From the NCBI GenBank assembly GCA_946965045.2, contig OX337229.1:4526001-4590000 (forward strand): DNA of 64,000 nucleotides, given 5' to 3'. Origin of the DNA: Epithemia pelagica (Eukaryota > Protista > Bacillariophyta). The notes under the pieces are model-generated. The model saw nothing but the letters and a program-made list of their open reading frames with translations. It was not told the origin of the DNA and did not search any database. Positions 1 to 10,133 of the stretch are shown in pieces (the stretch's first letter is position 1; every line of letters begins with the position of its first letter). The position numbers were made by a program, and so were the translations under genes.

Positions 1-138
1 AGATGACTTGTTCCTCGAGTTATTGTTGTTCTTCTTCTTGCCTCCATTTCGTCCTCCGCTTGTATGCTGTTCCACCAAAGAGTCTTTATCGCTTTCTCCG
101 TTCTTCCGACGGAATATTTTGGAGAATATATTGGGCAT
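1..138 (-). CDS. 5' end of a hypothetical protein running off the window (MPNIFSKIFRRKNGESDKDSLVEQHTSGGRNGGKKKNNNNSRNKSS...)
   Basis: Hand translation of the minus strand: ATG at 138, frame open to position 1. The + strand ORF 8..469 reads like its antisense shadow. No homology recognisable. Confidence 0.4.
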   Translation of the reverse strand, partial: MPNIFSKIFRRKNGESDKDSLVEQHTSGGRNGGKKKNNNNSRNKSS

Positions 139-1166
139 TGCTACACAAGTTCCACGAAAGCTGGATGGAATGTCACCGTCGAACGTTCACGAGGCCCCAG
201 AAGTGGCCTTGACAACAGGTTCGGGCAGCTTGTCGTCGTCCAACGATCAAGGCCTCTCTCCCTTTCCCTTGGAACGGATCAACAACACTTTGCTAAGGCG
301 ATACAAACAGACAAGGAGGGTTCAGGTCGTTCCTTTCTCTGCTATCGGCGAGATATCAACGTGTTGCATCTGCGAATTGGTTTGTTCGAAACAACAAACG
401 CTATTGAAATGGGGCGGCGTGGATGGAATGCTTCGCACCAGCCAACTCGGTCTCCTCCTCGGTTCATGACTCTTGCCTGATCACTCACTATCCAGCGCAT
501 GTATATCGTATGCTTCGATATACTTCCTCAATTTATGGTTGTTAGCAGCGACGGGTTGTGATTTTGCGTGTCCTGTTCCTTCAGGAGGCCATGTGCAATG
601 TGCATCCTCGAGACTTAGCCGCGCGCGCACGACGATCATCGGACACCTACACATCCTGAAAAGACTTGTGGGTATCGTCTATGTAAGAAATCGGACACCC
701 CCATCATTCACAAGGATACATAGTTGCGGACAGCGTGGCCATAGACGAAATGGGACTACGAAGTCGTGGCATGGTTGTATTGAAGCGAGCCCAGCTATTC
801 TCGTCTTGGTTACTTAGGCACGTTTGGGACATCTTAACGGGCTTCTAGCGAGAAAACACACAAGGCAGCAAGTAAGAATGCGTTGGGATTTGATTTACGT
901 TTTTTTGTAACACGACGGAGAAACCAAAAAATCGTCGGATTTGGGATTTTCATTGTTGTCATGAAAGACATGTGCGATCCGAATCCAACCGCTGGACATT
1001 TTTGACAGCAAAGAGACCAACAACAGGACGAAGAGACTGTTGAAACACCTAAAGGCGTTGTTTGCATAGGGAAATACTACGATTGCAATCCTTGATTCCA
1101 ACAAACCAATATAGAATGGATTATTATCAGGAGAAAGGAGGGGATCCATTGATTCTGTCTCTTCGG

Positions 1167-1737
1167 ATGGATCCCCAAGTAATGAAGTCCCTGGTCTTTA
1201 GTTCGATCGTTCTTGGGATGAAGTGCATGTTCTCCGTATTTGCATCAAACATTTCTGAACGTACGTCTTTGCGTACGGGTTCTTCCTTCGCTAAGCATTT
1301 CGTCACTCACGAACCAACCTTTGTTCTCTTTCACAAATTTATGGGTGTTATTGGGATTTTTAAATGTACCAGAATATCCATCCCTCGTGAAAAAGCTCTT
1401 GGGTGAAACTGCGGATGAGGAAACAGTGAACAAGACAATGAAGCGATGGAGGCTCGTCGTTGGGGATGATTTAGAGAATATTCCCGCTGGATTAGGACTT
1501 CTTTGGCTCGCTGGAATAACGACATCTTCCTCCAATTCCTTGTCGGTTCCGGGCTCTTCGGTAGCAGCTGTCGTCTTGTGCACACAAACATTCACCGTGT
1601 CTCGGCTGTTACATTCGGCCTTCTCCTATGCTGATTGGAGCCCTTCCTCGCGTACCTATGCCTATATTGGAGGCTTGGTGACTTCGTGTGGAGCAGGAAT
1701 CATTGCACTCAAGGGACTCTTTAGCATACCAAGCTGA
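1167..1737 (+). CDS. MAPEG family membrane protein (microsomal glutathione S-transferase-like), 2 exons
   Basis: Exons 1167-1260 and 1373-1737 (intron GTACGT...AG) join in frame to give MDPQVMKSLVFSSIVLGMK...WRLVVGDDLENIP...FTVSRLLHS. The DLENIP and R-x-x-H motifs and several hydrophobic segments resemble MAPEG proteins. Confidence 0.7.
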
Positions 1738-2403
1738 GACAAACGAGAAACACAATACGATACGACATTTGGTTCTGCGGATATGGGGGTTCTTCTTGAG
1801 CAGTGAAAATTGGTTGATACGAATCATGCAGCAGTGATGATCCGTGACAACGCCTACTCTGGATGGATTTATCTTTACATACTCCTTGGGGTTGTGTAGG
1901 AAAGGACAAACTTTGTCTCATGGAGCATGTCAAAGAATCGCAGTATCCTGTGGTTGGTGTGTAAATTAGAAAAGCGTGTTCTTCATGAAGATGAAAACTA
2001 AGAGGACGTGGAAGTTGCTTCCATTTTCTCCTTCGTCAACCCTAGGAGACTTGGCCATTTTGGATTTCGAATATCTAAGCTTTGAGACGTAAGATCCCTA
2101 CTGTTTTTTGTCTACCGGTTGATCACTTCATGAACCGAGTAAGCAGAGTTTGAATGTTCCCTTTTCATCCATGGATCATGAATATCATGAATCATGAAGT
2201 CCAGGGACAATGGCGGTGGTTTAGATTTCAGATGAGCATTTGGTAGCTAGAGAGCTGGATCCGATAGCTCCCAAGCTCGACCCTCCTCTAGCTAGTGAGG
2301 CGAATAGATGCGACTGAATGTTTGATGGTTCGCAGTCGCAGATCCATTGTAAGATACCGAATCCAAACAAGCATCCACTCATCCACGCCAAAGAGGACAT
2401 GAG

Positions 2404-3573
2404 ATGGTGCGCCCATTGCCGTTCGTTCTGTTGCTCTTGACCCGAAATCCAATTCCCAGAGTCCGGAATGTCCGTCGTTCACTGTTGGAACTTTACACCA
2501 CGAATAGATCCATGGCATGTTCATCATCGGCAACACGAGCCGAAACATGTTCCGAACCGTCAACTTCAACGACACAAATCCGATGTCGTGCTCGAGTGGC
2601 TTACGATGGATCGAGGTTTGCAGGATTTCAGTACCAGTATCGACCATCGAAGAAATACCAACCCCGTACAGTGCAGGGGGAACTTGAACAAGTGTTGTCA
2701 CGTCGATTGAGTGTGTTTGGTGATCAAGGGGATACCTTTCGAGTTGTGGCAGCGGGACGTACCGATGCGGGGGTCCATGCTCGTGGACAAGCCATTCATT
2801 TTGATGTTCTGGTTGACACCAGTCGCCGGCCTTTGATACCAAAGGAATGGCTAGATGAGGAATTACCAAAGGTTCAAAAATCCCTCGAATCCATGTTACC
2901 ACGAGATCTAGTCCTTTACAATCTACAAGTGGCCCCGGATCCATTGGTCAAATGCATTGGTGGTCAAATGATGGAAATGGACTGGAACGTCATGTACGAC
3001 GCAACGCTCAAGTGGTACTCGTACCGACTTCATGTAGGACCGGTAATGAGTCCCTTAGAACGGCATTCTCGATGGCATCCAGACAAGGCTCAAGAATGGT
3101 TTAACGAGGATCGATTTCGACGATTGTTGGAATGCTTTCAAGGAAGACACGATTTTCGGGCATTCGCTGGTCGTATGGAACGATTGGAAGAAAGTCGAAG
3201 GCAGTTGGAAGAAGTCAAGAATGGAAACAGAACCACAAATGTGACTCTGGACGATGGAGACTATTTGGTGGATTCCTTTCGAACCGTTCGGTCCATCAAA
3301 TTTGTTCCAGAGTATCCCGATGAGAATGGAGCTACCTATTTCTATCGGATTGACGTGTGGTTGGAAGGTGCCTTGTACAAACAAGTTCGAAATATGGTGG
3401 GAAGTGTTGTAGATGTGTGTCGAGGTCGCATTACCGAAAAGCATTTTCAGAACCTTTTGAATGCGTCCTTGCCAAACAATGGACGGGCGGACAACAAAGC
3501 CAAACCAGCACCGCCCCAAGGCTTGACGCTGGAACACGTATACTTTGAAAATGACCACGATGAATCATTTTGA
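2404..3573 (+). CDS. truA: tRNA pseudouridine synthase A (TruA family)
   Basis: Motifs VAYDGSRFAGFQ, TVQGELE, AGRTDAGVHARGQ (catalytic Asp), HDFRAF, LYKQVRNMVG and APPQGLTL. Single exon with an N-terminal extension. Confidence 0.92.
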   Translation: MVRPLPFVLLLLTRNPIPRVRNVRRSLLELYTTNRSMACSSSATRAETCSEPSTSTTQIRCRARVAYDGSRFAGFQYQYRPSKKYQPRTVQGELEQVLSRRLSVFGDQGDTFRVVAAGRTDAGVHARGQAIHFDVLVDTSRRPLIPKEWLDEELPKVQKSLESMLPRDLVLYNLQVAPDPLVKCIGGQMMEMDWNVMYDATLKWYSYRLHVGPVMSPLERHSRWHPDKAQEWFNEDRFRRLLECFQGRHDFRAFAGRMERLEESRRQLEEVKNGNRTTNVTLDDGDYLVDSFRTVRSIKFVPEYPDENGATYFYRIDVWLEGALYKQVRNMVGSVVDVCRGRITEKHFQNLLNASLPNNGRADNKAKPAPPQGLTLEHVYFENDHDESF

Positions 3574-3982
3574 TCATTTTCCAATGTTTGTGGCATTGTA
3601 CAAGAGTTAGTGTGCAGACTGGCAACGATGGTACACGTACTCCTAGGAGGAGCCCTTAGCTAGAGGCGTATATGTGCTATGCTACCTCTACTTAGCAACA
3701 TAGGGACATAAAGCTTCAGTCAAGCATTGTTTTGGGTCACGAGAAGAAGTACAGATTGGTGCACTCTACGTAGCGCTGTGCAGTGCACGGCACAGACAGA
3801 CAGTGTGCATTGTGCATGCACATGCACCTCTACACGAGAACGAGAGAAGAAGCAAAGACCCAAGAAGACGACATTTTTTTCCTTTTTGCGAGGATTGATT
3901 TTATTCGTATCTACCTCGTAGTGAAACGTATTATTCCTCCTGCAAAAGGCAGTGTGACCTCCGAACGAATCAGCATCGAATA

Positions 3983-6126
3983 ATGCAAGTACGCGGCTGG
4001 TCGATAGCCGTTCTGTCCTGCTGGCTGGCGACGGCGTTAATATTGGGAAAAGAAGCTCTTGTCCGTGCCGATGCGACGCGAAGCTTTTCCCAAACGATTG
4101 TTCCGGAAGCCAAGAACGATGGACTGGTGCGAGTCAAACTGATTCCGCACCACGTTCATGTTGACCGGCTTCGTCGCGAACGTAAATTGCGCCGCCTGCA
4201 ACATGGAGAGGAGAACAGTATCGATAGCTATGATGACCTTGACCTGGAAGAAGCTTTGGCCGCACACAAGAATCGTCCTGACCAATATCCACGTCGTCTT
4301 CTACAGAACGAGCATCGTCATTTGAACGAAGGAGATCCTGTGCAGGTAGCAGAATTGTTCCAGGGATATGGAACCCATTATGTGGATTTGTGGGTAGGGA
4401 CACCCAATCCACAGCGCCAAACTGTGATTGTCGATACGGGTAGCGGTGTAACAGCCTTTCCATGTTCTGGATGCAACAACTGCGGCGTACCGAAATACCA
4501 TTCGGATGGATTGTTTGATCAGAAGCAGTCCACAACGTTTCGCAAATTATCTTGTGCCGAATGTTTACGGGGAGACTGTAGCAATCGAGAATGCAAAATC
4601 TCCATGTCCTACCAAGAAGGAAGTAAATGGTCGGCCTTTGAGTCGCAAGATCAGTGCTATGCTGGCGGATTGCACGACAGTGCTCTTGAAAAGGATCCTA
4701 GTGTTGTCCAGGATGATTTAAATCCTTTTTTGGCGGCCCAGTTTGCGTTTCCGCTCAAGTTTGGGTGCCAGATCAGCCTTACTGGACTCTTTATCACTCA
4801 AGTATGTTCCTTCGCACCTTTGTTGTCCTCTGGGTGTGCTACCCACTCATCCGTAGTCTAACAATTTCTATGCTTTGTTTCCCCGAATTTTTGTGTGCTT
4901 AGCTTGCCGATGGTATCATGGGCTTGGACAATGCTAAGACTTCGTATGTGCAACAAATGAGAGACAGTGAAACTATTCGAAGCAATAGTTTCTCCCTATG
5001 TTATTGGCGAAAGGATCAAATTGATACAGATGGAACAGAATCAGGATCCTTCACCATTGGTGGGACAGATGACCGTCTCCATAATACACCAATGGTTTAC
5101 ACCAGTATGTCGTCGAATCATGGATTTTATCAAGTCCATATCCGAAACATGTATCTTCGAGAGGGTAATAGTGGAACATCAGCCTTATCCACGGATCCTG
5201 GGGCCAAAGTGATTCCTCTCGGTCTTACGACGCAGACCTACCAACGGGGTCAAGTCATTGTCGATAGTGGTACCACAGACACGTACTTTTCACGGTCCGT
5301 GGGGACCAAATTCCGACAACTCTTTAAAGAAATGTCAGGGATGGACTTTGGAAAGAACGAGAAAATGAAAATGACGATTGACCAAGTCCGAGCTTTACCA
5401 ACCATTCTTATTCAATTGGAGGGCGATGATGAAAAGAACGAAAAGGTTCGCCAAGATGCTGGTGGCGCACCCGTTCCAGGCCTTGTGGGAGAAATTGATC
5501 CGGATCATCCAAATGATGTTCTGTTGGCAATGCCCCCAACGCATTATATGGAGTACGATCCGGATGACGACGTGTGGACGAACCGGTTCTATACAAGTGA
5601 GCCATCCGGTGGCGTCATTGGGGGGAACGCCATGATGGGACATGACGTGTATTTCAATGCCGAGATTGGACAAGTGGGATGGTCGGAATCGGAATGTGAT
5701 TACACCAAGCTCATGGCCGAGTACCAATTCACTCCAGGAGTGTCCCCAAGTCGCGTCGAAAACAAACAGAATACTCCTTCGTTGCGTCCAACGGCTGCGC
5801 CCGTTCCCGCGCCACCTCCACAATCCCTTCCAATTCCGGATCTTCCTCCAACCTACGATGCGGTTCCTGTCACAGACGACCTGGTCATTACAGAAGAAGA
5901 ACCAAGTCAGTTCTGTTCCACACTACCCTGTCAAGGGGCCATGATCTCGACGGTTGTTTTAGTGGTTGCCGTGATTGCACTCTGTGCACTGAACCGAAAC
6001 AAGGGGCCGTCTTACCATTTATCAGCGGAGGCTGCGACGGAGTTGGAAATGCAAGATGCGGCAGGCAATGTCGGTAGCGATGGAATCATTCGATACCGAG
6101 ATGAGCCCGGTTCCAAGTCACCGTGA
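3983..6126 (+). CDS. Membrane-anchored A1 aspartic protease (plasmepsin V/ASP5-like architecture), 2 exons
   Basis: Signal peptide; catalytic VIVDTGS and VIVDSGT motifs; Cys-rich FPCSGCNNCG insert; intron 4802-4902 joins LFITQ|LADGIMGL; Pro-rich linker and C-terminal TM segment (ISTVVLVVAVIALCAL). Confidence 0.9.
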
Positions 6127-6495
6127 GTTCAAGCTTGGGTTAAATGAAATTGCTCCTCACCCATGAGGCAGTCGACGAGATCTGGAAACAGAAGTTTCGA
6201 GTCATCATGCACAGAACCAATGCCGTTGTGTCGGACGAGGTAGTGCGGGTTTCCTTGAGCTCATTCAATTCTTATAAGAAGCATGCCTATTACTTTAGTA
6301 ACATCTCTACTTTATGGATAGACTCCACATTGACAAGACTGTGAGCTTGCCCCTTCCAGAACGTTTGGATGCAATGGTACCAGTAGGACATTTGAAGTGG
6401 GTTCCCTGACTTTTTTATTGGAGACAATATATGGGCGTGATTTCGGACAAAACTGGTGGCCTTTGCCTTCGTTCAAAATAGTTCTGGATGACGGT

Positions 6496-7587
6496 CTATT
6501 CGCGAATCATATCCAAGGTATAGTCTAAGAGTGAAACGGCTCGATTGCGGGTGGAAAAGTACAACTTGTCTTGTTGGGCATTCAAATAGCTGGCAATTCG
6601 CAACCGTCCCTGCACATGTTGGTCATTGATACGAGTGAATTGCCAAATGGATTCGGTATCGGTGAAAATGGGCGGCGCCGTATTCTCATTGGTCAAGGCA
6701 AAAATAGATCGTTGGGATTCGGAACCGGTCCAGGAAGGCTTCTCGTCGTCGGCAAGGCACGGAGATGATGATGTGTGTGCCGTCAAAAAGGTTTTTTGAG
6801 CCGCCGGTCCCTTGAATCGTACCAGAGTGGTGGACAAGGGATCTGTGTTGGAGCCTCCGAGAGCCAGGACCTTGGCTCGATTGCTGGCACCAACGTCGGC
6901 GTAGTCGACCGAGGCCACGACGGATTTCCCGGCAAAGGCATTGAGGCGTTGTCGTGTATTAAAGACACGGTCTTCCATTACAACACCATCAGCAGTAGGA
7001 CATGCAGGACCACTCCACGGTAAGGAGGAAGAGGAAAAGGTGGGAGTGACGTAGCGCAATTGCAACGAGACAGGAACATTGAGTCTCCGTTTGGATTCAG
7101 CCACGGCGGTTTCAGCAATGGACAAGACACCGTTAGGACCACCCAAATATTGGATTCCCAGTGGTGTTTCGACATTGACCAGAGTTTGTGTGACATTCCA
7201 CGTTCCTTCCATAAAGGATGGATAGACAAAATTGTCCACACCATACAATTCATCTGGTACTAACGAGGGTGTGGGCTGCTCCAAAATGGACGCTTCCAGT
7301 CGTTGGGACAATTGATCGTTGTTTTTGCTTCTAGTAGGCATCGCTGCAGCTACTGCCTCTGGTGGAGCAAACGACGAGGCACTTCCCATCACCACGGCCG
7401 AAGACAACAAGGTTTCCAAGACATGGCGGCGGCTGTGGTGTCTTAAACTACACCGTTCAAAGTCTAGTGACTCGCCGGACAATGGCGAAGGAACAACCTG
7501 CCATGCTCCAGCAACATGTGTCGAAAGAAGAAGCTCGACTGAAAGGGTAATCAAGAGACCACAGACCTTCATGGTTGTTGCAATCAT
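6496..7587 (-). CDS. Probably plastid-targeted protein, DUF6816-like
   Basis: Long ORF with a hydrophobic N-terminus (MKVCGLLITLSVELLLSTHVAGAW). The segments YPSFMEGTWNVTQTL...PLG and DRVFNTRQRL resemble a cyanobacterial/algal DUF family. Start uncertain (7587 or 7572). Confidence 0.6.
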   Translation of the reverse strand: MIATTMKVCGLLITLSVELLLSTHVAGAWQVVPSPLSGESLDFERCSLRHHSRRHVLETLLSSAVVMGSASSFAPPEAVAAAMPTRSKNNDQLSQRLEASILEQPTPSLVPDELYGVDNFVYPSFMEGTWNVTQTLVNVETPLGIQYLGGPNGVLSIAETAVAESKRRLNVPVSLQLRYVTPTFSSSSLPWSGPACPTADGVVMEDRVFNTRQRLNAFAGKSVVASVDYADVGASNRAKVLALGGSNTDPLSTTLVRFKGPAAQKTFLTAHTSSSPCLADDEKPSWTGSESQRSIFALTNENTAPPIFTDTESIWQFTRINDQHVQGRLRIASYLNAQQDKLYFSTRNRAVSLLDYTLDMIRE

Positions 7588-7969
7588 GAGAGTCTCTTTC
7601 TTTGTGATTGTGATGTCATCAATGTGAGTTTTTCGACGATGATTCATTCGGAAGATCCGGTCGCCTTTGTAACGCTTTTTCCCATGCGTCGCTTGCTTCC
7701 GAAAGATGTGCGGGCGGGCGATGCCGAGCGGGCGGGCTGTCTTGCCGCTCATTTTTTTCATTTTTGACTTTTGACCTATTTGCCGTGTTTCAGTGTTTCT
7801 CAAAGAGACGCCAGCAAAGATCACAAGCAAGGACTAGCCAAGAGGAATAGGGAGATTGTGACAGACTTTGGTGTTACAATCGTGAAACCAGAATCGAGAG
7901 GACGCATTTGGTGTTTGTGTAGCTGCAGTTGACTTGTTTTCCGGTTCTGGTTTTCACCAGTGCGGCGTC

Positions 7970-9991
7970 ATGGGTATCTCGTCCTCCACCACAGCATCCA
8001 CGCGTCGCAATCCAAAGAAGAAGAAAAAGACCAAGCCACGTAGCTTCCGAAGTAGTAGATCCTGTATCATTTTGTGGCTCGGGGGTGTCATTGTGACGGT
8101 CTTGTTGGTAAAGTTGGTCCAAGTCAATGTCCAGTGCATGCAAAAAGTCGCATCCTTTTGGATTCAATTCCAGGAGGACAACAACCATGCAGTATCCTCA
8201 TGGACCATAACATTATCTGCTTTTCAAAACGATGATACGTCGAATGCAACAAATATATCAACAGCACCGTTTCCGGCTGGATTTCCTCGATCGACTAAGA
8301 TCCCCACCAAAAACACTACAACAAGGGCGACAAGTCAAATGTCCACGACTTCCAAACCCAAGACAGTGCAGGAAAAGGCACCTCCTCCTCCCCATGCTTT
8401 GGGTTTATTGTTTCCACCGGGCATGATGGGTGGTTTTGCCAATCAACTGCTACGATTCATTTCCTTGGTGGAACATGCACATCAAGAACGCATTGCCAAT
8501 TTGTTTTTGCCCAGTCTATGGTGGACCACACAGGTGCATACTCCAGCCCTCTCCAACTCATCCGTCGTCGTGACACACAATGCACGTCTTGAGTCCTTTC
8601 CCATTCCCATGGAATTCGTGTTTGACGTCCAAGAGTGGAATGGCAAGGCCCAGCAGTTGTCCTTACCGCGTCTCATTGATCAACTACCCAAACCTTCACC
8701 CTGTTGGCAAACACTTCAAACGAAAACAAACAATCCAACGACACGCAAAGATAGTGGCCAGGCCGTCTTCAACAAAACAGCGCTGGACATTGTCCATGCA
8801 TTGTCCAATCACTCCATGGAGACCAAAGCTCGAGCAACCGTGTGGCCTCCAAAGTCCATGCTAGAGCACTATGGTTTTGTGCCTGAATTGTTGAATGAAA
8901 CAGTACAAATGATGACCAGTACGCTATCCAATCCTCGTCGCCGTGATTTTTTGGCTCGCGTCAAACATTGCGAGAATACCTCATCCTCTGCCTCCTCCCC
9001 GTTGGTCTTGTACGGTGGTGGCACCATGGGTGGACGATTGTGGAACGAAGCCATGCGGCGACATGAAAACACCAATAAACACAACACAAACCAATCCATT
9101 TCACACAGTGCACTCCTCCAAGAACTTGATTCTCGAGTTCGTTTGGCGTTGCAACCTGCACCTCAATGGGGACGCCTTGCCGAACAGTGTGTCCAATCTC
9201 GAATCCGGGCCGCACATGCCGGGTTAAAGTCTGACAAGGCGACGGAGAACGCAAACACCGAAAGCGATAACGATGAATCGGCGCGCTTCAATTATGTCGC
9301 CTTGCATGCACGGATTGAATTAGAAATGATGGGCCACAATTGTGGCAAATCAATGGAACAGAGCTTGGAACGTATTTTGCAACAAGTGAAAGCGTTTCTC
9401 GAAGAACAACAACAATTACCAATTGCGGCGACTGCTGAAAATCCAAACAACTTTCCCCACCCAAGAGGTTTGTTATTGGTGGTTGGTCGTGCCGGTATTG
9501 TGGGTCATGGCCTGGGGGAGGGTTTGAAAAAGAAATTTGCGGCACAAGCAGCTCACAATGCTCAAACCTTAGCTCGTTATGTCACGGAAGATGGACATGC
9601 CACAAACGAACGACTTTGGTACGAGAACAATTTTGCAATGGGTATTCCTATTTTTGAATGCGGATCCTTTGCCCTACAAGAGTATTATGACAATCGGCTG
9701 GAGCTGGAACTGGAACAACCCAAGAGCATTCATTCGAACAAATCAGCAGAATCATCACCGGAATGGAGGGTTCAAAATTATGGAACACTGGTCGAGGCCG
9801 TCACCAATTTCCACAGTGCCGTGCAAGCCCGTATTTTTATTGGCGTCAAGGGGTCTAGTTACTCCAATGCCATTTGGACGACTCGCTTTCTCATGGGCAA
9901 GGGAAGTTTAAATTTCTACTACTCCAAAGGTGGACGTATTGCACAAGTGGAAAACCAAGGATACCCTGACCGGCATGTGACTTGCAAATAA
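7970..9991 (+). CDS. Type II membrane glycosyltransferase, O-fucosyltransferase-like (GT-B)
   Basis: Basic N-terminal tail, TM helix and Thr-rich stem, followed by motifs GGFANQLL, YVALHARIE and ARIFIGVKGSSYS typical of GDP-fucose O-fucosyltransferase-like proteins. Confidence 0.65.
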   Translation: MGISSSTTASTRRNPKKKKKTKPRSFRSSRSCIILWLGGVIVTVLLVKLVQVNVQCMQKVASFWIQFQEDNNHAVSSWTITLSAFQNDDTSNATNISTAPFPAGFPRSTKIPTKNTTTRATSQMSTTSKPKTVQEKAPPPPHALGLLFPPGMMGGFANQLLRFISLVEHAHQERIANLFLPSLWWTTQVHTPALSNSSVVVTHNARLESFPIPMEFVFDVQEWNGKAQQLSLPRLIDQLPKPSPCWQTLQTKTNNPTTRKDSGQAVFNKTALDIVHALSNHSMETKARATVWPPKSMLEHYGFVPELLNETVQMMTSTLSNPRRRDFLARVKHCENTSSSASSPLVLYGGGTMGGRLWNEAMRRHENTNKHNTNQSISHSALLQELDSRVRLALQPAPQWGRLAEQCVQSRIRAAHAGLKSDKATENANTESDNDESARFNYVALHARIELEMMGHNCGKSMEQSLERILQQVKAFLEEQQQLPIAATAENPNNFPHPRGLLLVVGRAGIVGHGLGEGLKKKFAAQAAHNAQTLARYVTEDGHATNERLWYENNFAMGIPIFECGSFALQEYYDNRLELELEQPKSIHSNKSAESSPEWRVQNYGTLVEAVTNFHSAVQARIFIGVKGSSYSNAIWTTRFLMGKGSLNFYYSKGGRIAQVENQGYPDRHVTCK

Positions 9992-10133
9992 CGCACCACC
10001 AATCTCCTTTCGAGAACGATGAACAGCGTTTTAGCGAACGCGAACACCAACTTTGGCATGCTTGAGACAAGAAACGGCGAACGGCTAACGTCTCACTATA
10101 CTCATTGGTCATTAGGTCGTTACTCACGTTTGT

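Noticed and set aside
8-1149. Short ORFs 8-469, 473-817 and 895-1149
   Set aside because: No motifs, non-ATG or weak starts, and composition consistent with antisense or non-coding sequence.
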